Shown piece after piece: positions 11,133 through 19,653 of a DNA stretch of 23,764 nucleotides; position 1 is the stretch's first letter; every line of letters starts with the position of its first letter. The notes beneath the pieces are model-generated. The model ran no database searches. It saw only the letters and a program-made list of their open reading frames with translations, and was not told where the DNA came from. The stretch comes from Elusimicrobiota bacterium (lineage in GTDB: Bacteria; Elusimicrobiota; Elusimicrobia; Elusimicrobiales; UBA9959): NCBI GenBank assembly GCA_036574205.1, contig JAINCQ010000035.1, positions 1 to 23,764 on the forward strand. The letters run 5' to 3'. The position numbers and the translations under genes were made by a program.

Positions 11133-11552
11133 ATGAAAAAGACAATAATGTTTTTCATCTCTTGCCTTTTATCTACCATCTTTCTTTTTTCTCAAGTTGA
11201 TTTAAGCCATCTGGCAGATGATAAATCAAAGGAAAAGAAATCAGAGATCAAAGAAGAAAAAACTGTTGTTAAAAAATCTACTGACACAAAAAAAATAAAT
11301 AATAAAAAAAATCTCCCAAGCAAAAAGAATAAACCTGTTAAAAAACAAACAAAAAAGAAAAGTAGCAAAAAGGAAAAATATGTTTTTCAGAAAAAAAGCG
11401 GGGAGATTTACAAATTTGATGAAAAAGGAAATCCTGTTCTGCCAAAAGCAAAAGTTTCAAAGTCCACAGAGCCAAAAAAAAGCGTTTCCACAGATTTAAT
11501 GATAGGGGTTGAAAATAAAGAGGTAAATCTCAATTCAAAGGATGGTAAATAA
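11133..11552 (+). CDS. Hypothetical Lys-rich exported protein
   Basis: SD GAGGT then MKK plus a hydrophobic stretch (signal peptide), followed by a low-complexity K/S-rich body. Its stop overlaps the next ATG (TAATG). Confidence 0.75.
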   Translation: MKKTIMFFISCLLSTIFLFSQVDLSHLADDKSKEKKSEIKEEKTVVKKSTDTKKINNKKNLPSKKNKPVKKQTKKKSSKKEKYVFQKKSGEIYKFDEKGNPVLPKAKVSKSTEPKKSVSTDLMIGVENKEVNLNSKDGK

Positions 11553-12016
11553 TGGATTTACTTGTTAAACTTTATGATGTAATAAATATAAACGAAACCT
11601 CTTTTTTAAAAGACAATAGTATTGTTATTAAAAGAGCAATTGGTCCAGAAAAAAAAATTGTTGTTGAGTGGGTTGAAAAAAATTTTTCTAAAGGCTGGGC
11701 TAGTGAATGCGATGTGAGTTTTTCTCCACTTCCTCCAAGATGTTTTATCGCTATAAAAAATTCTCAGATTATTGGTTTTGCTTGTTATGATGCAACAGCC
11801 AGAGGTTTTTTTGGACCAATAGGTGTTAGAGAATCTGAAAGAAAAACTGGAGTTGGAAAGGTCCTTCTGATTAAATCATTAAAACAGATGTATTATGATG
11901 GTTATGCCTATGCTATAATAGGATGGGTTGGACCGATTGATTTTTTCAAAAAAACTGTTGGAGCGATAGAAATTCCTGATTCTGATATGTCTATCTACAA
12001 AAATATGGTTAAATAA
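11552..12016 (+). CDS. GNAT-family N-acetyltransferase
   Basis: GFACYD...GFFGPIGV.E.ER..GVGK.LL (acetyl-CoA motif A), GYAYAIIG, DFF. Confidence 0.88.
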   Translation: MDLLVKLYDVININETSFLKDNSIVIKRAIGPEKKIVVEWVEKNFSKGWASECDVSFSPLPPRCFIAIKNSQIIGFACYDATARGFFGPIGVRESERKTGVGKVLLIKSLKQMYYDGYAYAIIGWVGPIDFFKKTVGAIEIPDSDMSIYKNMVK

Positions 12017-12050
12017 TTTTGATAGACAAAATAATAGTTTTGGAGTTTAA

Positions 12051-13124
12051 ATGGAAATTGGCATTGTTGGTTTACCTAATGTTGGAAAATCGACCCTTTT
12101 TAATGCCTTGACTAATGCCGGAGCTCAAAGCTCTAATTATCCTTTTACAACAATAGAGCCAAATGTTGGAGTAGTTGGAGTGCCGGACAAAAGGTTGGAT
12201 ATCTTGTATGATATATTTAAACCGCCAAAGAAGACTTATTCATATATAAAATTTGTTGATATAGCGGGTCTGGTAAAGGGAGCTTCTAAGGGTGAAGGGT
12301 TGGGAAATAAATTTTTAGCCAATATAAGAGAGGTTGATGCTATAATTCATGTTGTAAGGTGTTTTAAAGACAGCGATGTTGTTCATGTGCTTGGAGAGGT
12401 TGATCCTGTTAGAGATATAGAAGTAATAGAGATTGAGCTTATACTTTCTGATCTTGAAAGTGTAAATAGAATGATAGATAAAAATTCAGGGGCTGCGCGA
12501 ACAGGTGATAAGGATGCAAAATCAAAAATAGAGAAACTTGAGATTATTAAAAAAACACTTACAGAAGGAAGACTTGCAAAAGAAAGTGGCTTGAAGTTTG
12601 AAGAAATTAAGGAATTTAATCTTCTTACCTCAAAACCAGTCTTATATATTGCAAATACAAATGAAAATCCAGATGAGGATATGTTTAAAAAAATACAGGA
12701 TTATGCTTTGAAAAAAGGCGCGGATGTTATAAAAATTTCGGCTAAGATAGAGTCTGAGATTGTTAAATTAAAGGAAGAAGAAAGGAAAGAGTTTTTAAAA
12801 GAGATTGGAGAGGAATATTCAGGTCTTGAAAAGGTGATAATGGGGGGAAGAAAACTACTTGAGCTTATTTCTTTTTTTACTGTTGGAAGCACAGATGAGG
12901 TTAGAGCATGGAGTATAAAAAGAGGCACAAAAGCCCCACAGGCTGCTGGAAAAATTCATTCTGATTTTGAAAAAGGCTTTATAAAAGCCGAGGTTTATTC
13001 TTTTGATGATATAGCTAAATATAGAGATGAGAAAATTTTAAAAGAGAAAGGTTTGATAAGACTTGAGGGTAAGGATTATGAGGTAAAAGACGGGGATATC
13101 TGTTTTTTTAGATTCAATGTCTAA
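12051..13124 (+). CDS. ychF: Ribosome-binding ATPase YchF (Obg family)
   Basis: [50 protein letters not shown] domain [13 protein letters not shown]...EGKDY.VKDGD..FRFNV. Confidence 0.98.
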   Translation: MEIGIVGLPNVGKSTLFNALTNAGAQSSNYPFTTIEPNVGVVGVPDKRLDILYDIFKPPKKTYSYIKFVDIAGLVKGASKGEGLGNKFLANIREVDAIIHVVRCFKDSDVVHVLGEVDPVRDIEVIEIELILSDLESVNRMIDKNSGAARTGDKDAKSKIEKLEIIKKTLTEGRLAKESGLKFEEIKEFNLLTSKPVLYIANTNENPDEDMFKKIQDYALKKGADVIKISAKIESEIVKLKEEERKEFLKEIGEEYSGLEKVIMGGRKLLELISFFTVGSTDEVRAWSIKRGTKAPQAAGKIHSDFEKGFIKAEVYSFDDIAKYRDEKILKEKGLIRLEGKDYEVKDGDICFFRFNV

Positions 13125-14006
13125 ATTTTCAAAATTTCTCTTATTTATTTTTATAGAATTTTTACCATTTTTCCTTTTTTCACTTGAGTATGAAATTCAA
13201 CTTGATCCTTATTATAGCGATTTTGGTATTTATGAGGAATTAAGGGGCGAGATACCTCATCTTGGTAAAAAAAGCGAAACAGAAATATACTCATATCTTC
13301 TAAAAAATCTGTATAAACCTAAGACTTTAGTTTTTGAGATAAGTTTTAATCCAATGCCTTATCTTGGTACGTGCATAAAAAGAAGTTATTATGATTTTTA
13401 TTCAAAAGCAAAGATAACTGAAAATTTTAACCTTATAAATGCTTTAACAACTGGTTTTGAAGAGCCATGGGCATTCTCTATTTTTTTAGGAAATGTAGTT
13501 GAGTTTGATTCTATAAAAAAAAGTATTTTGGCAAGCGTAAAGGATACTCCGGTTTTTTGCTTGATTTTGGGGATTATCACATAAGGGACAACGTTCTTAT
13601 TTACGATAAATGGATACAAACAGAGATTAAATTGAAAGGTGAGCAGATAATATAGGAAAGATCTCTTATATGGAGTTTTAGAATTGGAGCCAAGTTTCAC
13701 AGCAGATCTTATATAAAGGATTCTTTTTTTATAGGGATTAAAAGAAGCAGGACTGATTATAAACCTGCTGGTTTCTGGTATGAGAACTCAGGGGTTGAAT
13801 TTATATCCTATTTTTCTCAAAGTAGTTTTCAACCTATAAGACATTATTTTTTAATAAGCAAGAAATTTCCCTTCAAGACCAAAAGAATGGCATTTTCGCT
13901 TGGAGTTGGTTTCGTCTGGGATTCTAATAAAAAATACTCTGATATTAAAACAACTGAAAATACAAACACATTCCAATTTATAATAAGACCAAATATTGAA
14001 TTCTAA
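13117..14006 (+). pseudogene. Interrupted putative outer-membrane (beta-barrel-like) protein: frameshift at an A8 tract plus an in-frame TAG
   Basis: Signal-peptide-like N-terminus. After A8 (13515-13522) the -1 frame reads KYFGKRKGYSGFLLDFGDYHI...EIKLKGEQII*ERSLIWSFRIG...FQFIIRPNIEF* (TAG 13653-55, TAA 14004-06), with aromatic-rich alternating strands and a terminal Phe. Confidence 0.75.
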
Positions 14007-14240
14007 TTTTTTGTCTGGATTAAAAAATGTAGGTATTTATCATAATTATAAATCTTGTTTCCTGTTGAAAAAAAGATTAAAAACAAAATTATATTAATGA
14101 ATATGAAAATTTTATATACTAAAAATAGGCATGCAAAATATCAGAAACATATTGGATAGTTTTAAGGTCATCCAGCCGTAAAATGATGTTTATAAATCTA
14201 TTGAAAAGTTGTAATAAAAAGATAGATATATCTCCAATAG

Positions 14241-14265
14241 CGGACTGACCGGGGCGGTCAGTCCG
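14241..14265. repeat. Perfect 11-bp GC-rich hairpin
   Basis: CGGACTGACCG-GGG-CGGTCAGTCCG. Confidence 0.9.
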
Positions 14266-14277
14266 GCGCTCACTTTC

Positions 14278-14296
14278 GGGATGGTTAAACCGTCCC
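14278..14296. repeat. REP-like palindrome
   Basis: GGGATGGTT-A-AACCGTCCC (one G:T pair). Confidence 0.7.
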
Positions 14297-14310
14297 TTCC
14301 CCCTTAAATC

Positions 14311-14595
14311 TCCTCACCCTAACCCTCTCCAAAAAAGGAGAGGGGATATATTAAAATGGTGAGAGGCCAAATATAAAATATGAAAACAGTTAAACCCTCT
14401 CGGAAAGTTAATATTCATGCCTTGCTGACGCTTATTTTCCTCTCCCTTCAATGGGAGAGGATTAAGGTGAGGGTGAAAAAAAAGAGAGGGGAATTTGTGT
14501 AGCAGGAAGATAGAAGCTCTTTAAAATAGAAAATGGCATAAATGAGTGTTAAAATCCCTTCCCCCTTGATGGGGGAAGGTGAAGGATGAGGGTGA
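14311..14595. repeat. Three copies of a ~37-40 bp BoxC-like hairpin-plus-tail repeat
   Basis: Copy 1 (+) 14311-14346 TCCTCACCCTAACCCTCTCC-AAAAAA-GGAGAGGGGA. Copy 2 (-) 14438-14476 TCCTCTCCC-TTCAAT-GGGAGAGGATTAAGGTGAGGGTGA. Copy 3 (-) 14557-14595 CCTTCCCCC-TTGAT-GGGGGAAGGTGAAGGATGAGGGTGA. Confidence 0.85.
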
Positions 14596-14698
14596 AAAAA
14601 GGAGATATAGTATTAAAAAACGCCATAAATAATTAAATCGCAAAAACGCCAATAAATTGGTTTTTAGATGAACAATTTAAAAATTATAAAAGGTTCAG

Positions 14699-14758
14699 CC
14701 TGCCTGTGTGGGTCTGCCTGACTGCGAGTGTCGTCGCTCAGGCAGGCACGCAGACAGG
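14699..14758. repeat. Nested CCTGCCTG...CAGGCAGG-type palindromic element
   Basis: Outer arms CCTGCCTGTGTG / CACGCAGACAGG, inner arms TCTGCCTGA / TCAGGCAGG, core GCGA-N6-TCGC. Confidence 0.8.
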
Positions 14759-14781
14759 TATGTATAGATACTTACAAGGCA

Positions 14782-14809
14782 TTGAAAAATCTAATTATTT
14801 ATGTATAAT
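14782..14809 (+). promoter_or_regulatory. Sigma70-type promoter for the FlgO/TPR gene
   Basis: TTGAAA-N16-TATAAT; SD GGAGG at 14843-47. Confidence 0.55.
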
Positions 14810-14853
14810 TTTTTTAAGAAAATAAACAATACAAAAATTTTTGGAGGTAGATT

Positions 14854-15999
14854 ATGAGAAATGCTTTAATTTATTCAATTTTTTTTATTTTATCAGGCTC
14901 TATATTATATGCTAAAAATATTTACGATGATATTGCAAAGACCATAATATCAGATTTAAAGCTTCAGGAAGTAAAAAATGTTGCAATACCACCCATTGAA
15001 TATTTAGGTCATGAAAAATCCCGTGGATCTAAAGTTATTTCAGAAAGATTAATTGCTTCTTTTGCCAGAGAAGATAAAATTAAAGTAGTGGAAAGAAGTC
15101 TTCTTGAAAGGATTTTAGAAGAACTTAAATTAGAGCATCTTGGAATAACTGATTTTAAAACAATTAAAAAAACCGGTAAATTATCCAATGTTGATATTAT
15201 CATAAGTGGAACAATGTTTGATACTGGCATAGAGGAGGTTGAATTAAATTTAAGGGCTATTGATTTAGAAAAAGGAGTTGTCTTAGCGGTTTTAAATAGA
15301 AAGATAAAATAGGATTGGGTTGAAGTTATTCCTCAAAACAACTGGGATAAGAAGGCAAATGAAGAGGATGGGTCATTATATTGTAAATTAGCTGTAGAAG
15401 AAACTGATAAAGCTGATTATGAAAAAGCTATCTGGCTTTTTACACAGGCTATAAAGGTAAATATTACAGGTGAGTGTGGAACAAATAAAAAAGGTTTTGC
15501 TTATTTAGAAAGAGCAAAGGGTTATATTCAGAGATTTAAATTTAATGAAGCAATGAAAGATTTGGATTTTTATGCAAAATTAAACCCAAAAGATGCTGAA
15601 GTATATTATTATCGTGGAATTATTAATATTTTGTTAAATGGAGATTTTGATACCGAAGAGTTTAATAAAGCAATTGAATTGAATCCTAAATTTGCTGAGG
15701 CATATTTTTACCGCGGTCATGTTTATAGATATTTACGCAAAGTTGATAAAGCAATAGATGATTTTAGTAAGGCAATTGAATTAAATCCAAAATTTGTTCA
15801 AGCATATTTTATGCGTGGTAATGCTTATAACGATACTGGTGAATATGATAAAGCAATATCAGATTATAATAAAGCAATAGAATTAGATCCAGGATATGCC
15901 GATGCCTACAATAGTCGTGGGGTTGTTTATTATAATAAAGGTGAATATGATAAGGCAAAAGAAGATTTTCAGAAAAGCGAAATATGGAAAAGCAATTGA
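14854..15999 (+). pseudogene. Exported FlgO/CsgG-like domain plus TPR-repeat protein, one reading frame interrupted by a single TAG (15310-15312)
   Basis: Signal peptide; VAI.P..Y, ISERL, VVERSLLE.ILEELKL...G, D.II.G...LNLR.ID...G.VL. The frame continues past TAG (DWVEVIPQ...YCK...GECG..) with no further stop into the 15553 TPR ORF (offset 699 = 233 codons). KAIEL(N/D)P recurs every 102 bp. Confidence 0.85.
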
Positions 16000-16048
16000 A
16001 AAAACATATCTAAATGCCAGAACCCGAAAATGTTTTGGTTTTAAAACA

Positions 16049-16498
16049 TCAATGGAAGTGTTTAGCGGTTTTGTTGCGCTTACTAGTTGAATCTCCTGCT
16101 GCGCCTGCAACTGTAAGATAAGCGTTTCTTATTCCTTTAACACTCTTTAAAACATTAAATAATTCTTCTATGTTCTTAGCTTCACCTTTTACAATAACTA
16201 TTTCAAAACAATTATCATGATCTAAATGTACATGTTGTGATGAGATAATTATGTTATGATATTTGTGTTGTATGTCAGTTAAAGTCTCTGAAATCATTCT
16301 TTTGCGATGATCATAAACAAGGGAAATTGCTGCAGCTAGAATTCCTCCTCTTATCTTTGATTTTTTAAGAAGATAAGTATTTATTAAATCAGATATAGCT
16401 TTTGAGCGGGTAGAATATTTTTCTTTGCTTATCTGGTTGTCAAATTTTAAAAGCAAATCTTCATCAAGAGAAACTCCAAATCTCCTTAATTTTCCCAT
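16049..16498 (-). CDS. nikR: Nickel-responsive regulator NikR
   Basis: RHH domain RFGVSL...LL..FD......Y..RS.AI.DLI; metal domain VYDH, QH, SSQHVHLDHDNCFE (His-x-His...Cys Ni site). Confidence 0.95.
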   Translation of the reverse strand: MGKLRRFGVSLDEDLLLKFDNQISKEKYSTRSKAISDLINTYLLKKSKIRGGILAAAISLVYDHRKRMISETLTDIQHKYHNIIISSQHVHLDHDNCFEIVIVKGEAKNIEELFNVLKSVKGIRNAYLTVAGAAGDSTSKRNKTAKHFH

Positions 16499-16574
16499 AA
16501 GAATTATTATACAAAATACAATTGATTTTAAAACTGCATTTTTTAAGTATTTTTCTTATAGAGAGGAGAAATTT

Positions 16575-17276
16575 TCATATATTATCATTTATCTCAAACC
16601 TTACTGACAAAATCCCTTTAGATTTTACGGCAATTCCATTTACAAAAGCAGGATAAAAGGTAACCTTTTTTAATTCTTCTTCAACAGATTTTTCAAATTC
16701 TTTTCCAGTGCTTTCAACTATTGAAAAAGATAATAACTTTCCATTTTCATCTATAAAAACTTCCATTTTTACTTTTCCGCTTTTTTTCATTTTTCTCGCA
16801 GAAAGTGGGTACTTTGGATAAAACTTTCCAATTATTTTAGGTCCCTGCGAAAGTGTATAGAAATTTTCTCCTTTGGTACTGTTTTCTTTATTAGTTCCTC
16901 CATTTGTTCCATAAAAGGGTTCTGTACTTATAGAATTAATTTTGCTATCAGGCAAAAAGTTATAGAAATTTTCTTCTTTGCTTTTATCTTCTTTATAAGT
17001 TAAATTAGACTTTTCGTCTGTCTCATGGAAAGGTTCTGTATTTACGGAAGTAGTTCTGCTATCAGTTAGAGATTTATGTTTTGTGTTATAATTGAAACTA
17101 TTTAATCCAGTAAGTTCTTTTCTTGAATCATTAAAATTCCCTATAAAGGAAATTTCAAAAATTTTTTGTTCTTTTTCCCTGCTATTTATCAAAAAAAAGA
17201 ATAAAAAAAACAATAAATGGATTAAAATTGACCCAAAAAGAGGAATAAAAAAACTATTTTCTATTTTCCCATACAT
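16575..17276 (-). CDS. tonB: Energy transducer TonB
   Basis: N-terminal TM helix with S...H (GSILIH); C-terminal P.YP..AR.....G.V.....IDE.G......V.S, F.PA..NG..V, VRF. Confidence 0.9.
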   Translation of the reverse strand: MYGKIENSFFIPLFGSILIHLLFFLFFFLINSREKEQKIFEISFIGNFNDSRKELTGLNSFNYNTKHKSLTDSRTTSVNTEPFHETDEKSNLTYKEDKSKEENFYNFLPDSKINSISTEPFYGTNGGTNKENSTKGENFYTLSQGPKIIGKFYPKYPLSARKMKKSGKVKMEVFIDENGKLLSFSIVESTGKEFEKSVEEELKKVTFYPAFVNGIAVKSKGILSVRFEINDNI

Positions 17277-17848
17277 TCAATACAAACCATTCCTTTCTTT
17301 GTCTTTTTTAATCTGGTTTCCATTACCATTTCCTGGCATATATCGCATTTTATTGATTTAAATATCCTTGCCCTGGGAGGAAGCGGTTTTTTGACCCTTT
17401 TTATTGAAAAGATTTCATTATCCTTTTTTATCAATAGATTTCTCTCTCTTTCTTTTTTTATTTTATTAAAAAGTTTTTTTTCTTCCTCAGATGCCGTTCC
17501 TTCGAGAACTTTGTTCATTAAGGTCGGGAATTCCTTATGTGAATCTGCATAGATTTCACTTCTAAAATAAACCCTAACTCCTTCTCCGTTTTTTCTATTT
17601 AGCAAAGACATCGCCATCTTGCCATAATCTTTGAATATGAGATTTCCTTTTCCAAAAGTGCATCCGGTGATTACACTAACTGCGTCCACAAAACAAGAAC
17701 TATTTTCAACTATTGCTACCAACTCTTCATCTTTAGAAAAATTCGACTTTATAAATCTCATAGCAGCTTTAGCCGCTCTGTATCCAATGAGCAATCCCCC
17801 ACACATATGCCCATGATATGAGACACATTTTTTTAAATCATTTTTCAT
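17261..17848 (-). CDS. FmdE-family protein with C-terminal Cys4 zinc finger
   Basis: YHGHMCGGL..G.R, EN.SC..DA....TGCTFGKGNL, C-terminal CDIC.E.V.E...........CIEC. Confidence 0.92.
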   Translation of the reverse strand: MKNDLKKCVSYHGHMCGGLLIGYRAAKAAMRFIKSNFSKDEELVAIVENSSCFVDAVSVITGCTFGKGNLIFKDYGKMAMSLLNRKNGEGVRVYFRSEIYADSHKEFPTLMNKVLEGTASEEEKKLFNKIKKERERNLLIKKDNEIFSIKRVKKPLPPRARIFKSIKCDICQEMVMETRLKKTKKGMVCIECMGK

Positions 17849-17860
17849 ATTTCCTCCGTT

Positions 17861-18610
17861 TCAATATAGCGCGCATACTTTTTCCCCTTTCTTTATAATT
17901 TCGCATTCAATAGAAAATACAGAGTTTATTATTGAGGAATTAAGTTCATCGGTTTTGCCTGAAAAACATATTGACCCATTTTTAAGGAAAATTATTTTAT
18001 CACAAAACTTTATAGCCATATTTAAATCATGAAGCACTGCAATGATAGTCATTTTCCTCTTCAATGTCATTTCATGGAGAAGTCTCATGATATTGTGCTG
18101 GTTTTTGATGTCAAGATTATTCAAAGGTTCATCTAAAAAAAGTATCTCAGGCTCTTTTGAAATAGCCTGAGCTATAATAGTTTTTTGTAGCTCGCCCCCG
18201 CTTATCTCATTTATATTTTTAAAGCTTATATCAGAAAGCCCCATCTCTTTAATTAAATCAGAAGCAATTTTTTTGTCTATGTCTTTTTCCATATAAGTCA
18301 TGAACGGTATTCTTCCAAATAAAACGCTCTCATACACTGTCAAAGAAGGCAAGTTAAATATTTTTTGAGGGACATAAGCTGAAATTCTTGAAAAATCTCT
18401 CAAAGAATAATTGGCTAAATTCTTGTTTTTTATTTCTATTAAACCCTTTTGTGGCTTTAAGATGCCCGACATATTTTTTAGAAGAGTGGTTTTTCCACTG
18501 CCATTTGGCCCCATGATAGCGGTAAAAATACCATTTTCAAAATCACAGGAAATATTGTCAAGAATCACTCTTTTGCCATATTTGAATGTCAGATTTTTTA
18601 TTTTTATCAT
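17861..18610 (-). CDS. Metal-chelate ABC transporter ATPase (FecE/BtuD-like)
   Basis: GPNGSGKTT, YVPQ, ISGGELQK, LDEP.NNLD, VLHDLN.A. Confidence 0.95.
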   Translation of the reverse strand: MIKIKNLTFKYGKRVILDNISCDFENGIFTAIMGPNGSGKTTLLKNMSGILKPQKGLIEIKNKNLANYSLRDFSRISAYVPQKIFNLPSLTVYESVLFGRIPFMTYMEKDIDKKIASDLIKEMGLSDISFKNINEISGGELQKTIIAQAISKEPEILFLDEPLNNLDIKNQHNIMRLLHEMTLKRKMTIIAVLHDLNMAIKFCDKIIFLKNGSICFSGKTDELNSSIINSVFSIECEIIKKGEKVCALY

Positions 18611-19653
18611 TATTCCTTCTTAATCAGAAGATATATAAGAACGATAACTCCCCACATTGAAGTTATTATCCCCACTGGGACAATGGCTGGAGCGAGAATA
18701 ATTCTTGAAAGGATATCTGAAAAATTCAAAACAAGAGATCCAAAAATGATTGAAAGAGGAATGAAATATCTGTTGTCATGTCCCACTGTTATTTTTGCGA
18801 GATGTGGCGCTATAAGCCCCACAAAACCTATAACGCCAAGAATAGATGTTATTGCGGCAGATAATGCTGAAACCAGAAATATTGAGATAACTGCCATCTT
18901 TTTGGCTTTAACGCCAAGGCTGAACGCAATTTCTCGTCCCCATAAGAGAGCGTTTAGTTTTAAAGCTGAAAAAAGAAAATAAGCGGTTATTGGAATAAAG
19001 AGAAATGTTATCGCAAATAGTGAAGAATAAGAGGCTTTTGATATATCCCCAAAAGTCCAGAAAAGAGTTGCTGCAGCTTTTATTTCGTCTGTAAAATACT
19101 GTATGAACATAGTCATCGACTGGAAAAAAGCTCCACATGCTATTCCAGAAAGAATAACAGTTTGGGGCTCTCCATTCTTAATGTATGCGACGAAAAAAAC
19201 AAAGGCGCTACAAATCAAGGCTGAAATAAACGCAGAGATAATGGTTAAGGAGAAATATTTAGCTCCTAAATATCCAGTATAAATTGAACTGGATTCGGGA
19301 TTTAAGAATATTATTGAGAAAGATGCGCCAAAAGCCGCTGCCTGAGATATGCCAAGGGTAAAAGGGGAGGCCATAGGATTTTTTAGAACATTTTGCATTA
19401 TCGCCCCACAAAGCGCAAGGCCTCCTCCAGCTACAATAGCTGTTAAAGCTCTGAGAAGTCTGATGTTTACAAAAATATATTTCTCATTTTCAGACAAATT
19501 ACCTGAAAGCAAATGCCATATAGGTATTTTGAATGTTCCATTATAGCAAGATAAAAAAATGGAAATTAAAGCAATACCACCAAATATTGCAATCAAGAGA
19601 AATTTGAAGGCATTTTTTTTAGTTAATGATTTATCACTCAAAGCGTATTCCAT
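18610..19653 (-). CDS. FecCD/BtuC-family ABC permease
   Basis: NIRL.R, G..LA..GA.MQ.VL.NP.ASP.TLG, G.IGFVGLIAPH, P.GI.T. Start ATG 19653 or TTG 19659. Confidence 0.95.
   Translation of the reverse strand: MEYALSDKSLTKKNAFKFLLIAIFGGIALISIFLSCYNGTFKIPIWHLLSGNLSENEKYIFVNIRLLRALTAIVAGGGLALCGAIMQNVLKNPMASPFTLGISQAAAFGASFSIIFLNPESSSIYTGYLGAKYFSLTIISAFISALICSAFVFFVAYIKNGEPQTVILSGIACGAFFQSMTMFIQYFTDEIKAAATLFWTFGDISKASYSSLFAITFLFIPITAYFLFSALKLNALLWGREIAFSLGVKAKKMAVISIFLVSALSAAITSILGVIGFVGLIAPHLAKITVGHDNRYFIPLSIIFGSLVLNFSDILSRIILAPAIVPVGIITSMWGVIVLIYLLIKKE

Noticed and set aside
14311..14595. CRISPR array
   Set aside because: Only three divergent units, in mixed orientation, with 80-90 nt spacers and no cas genes in the window.
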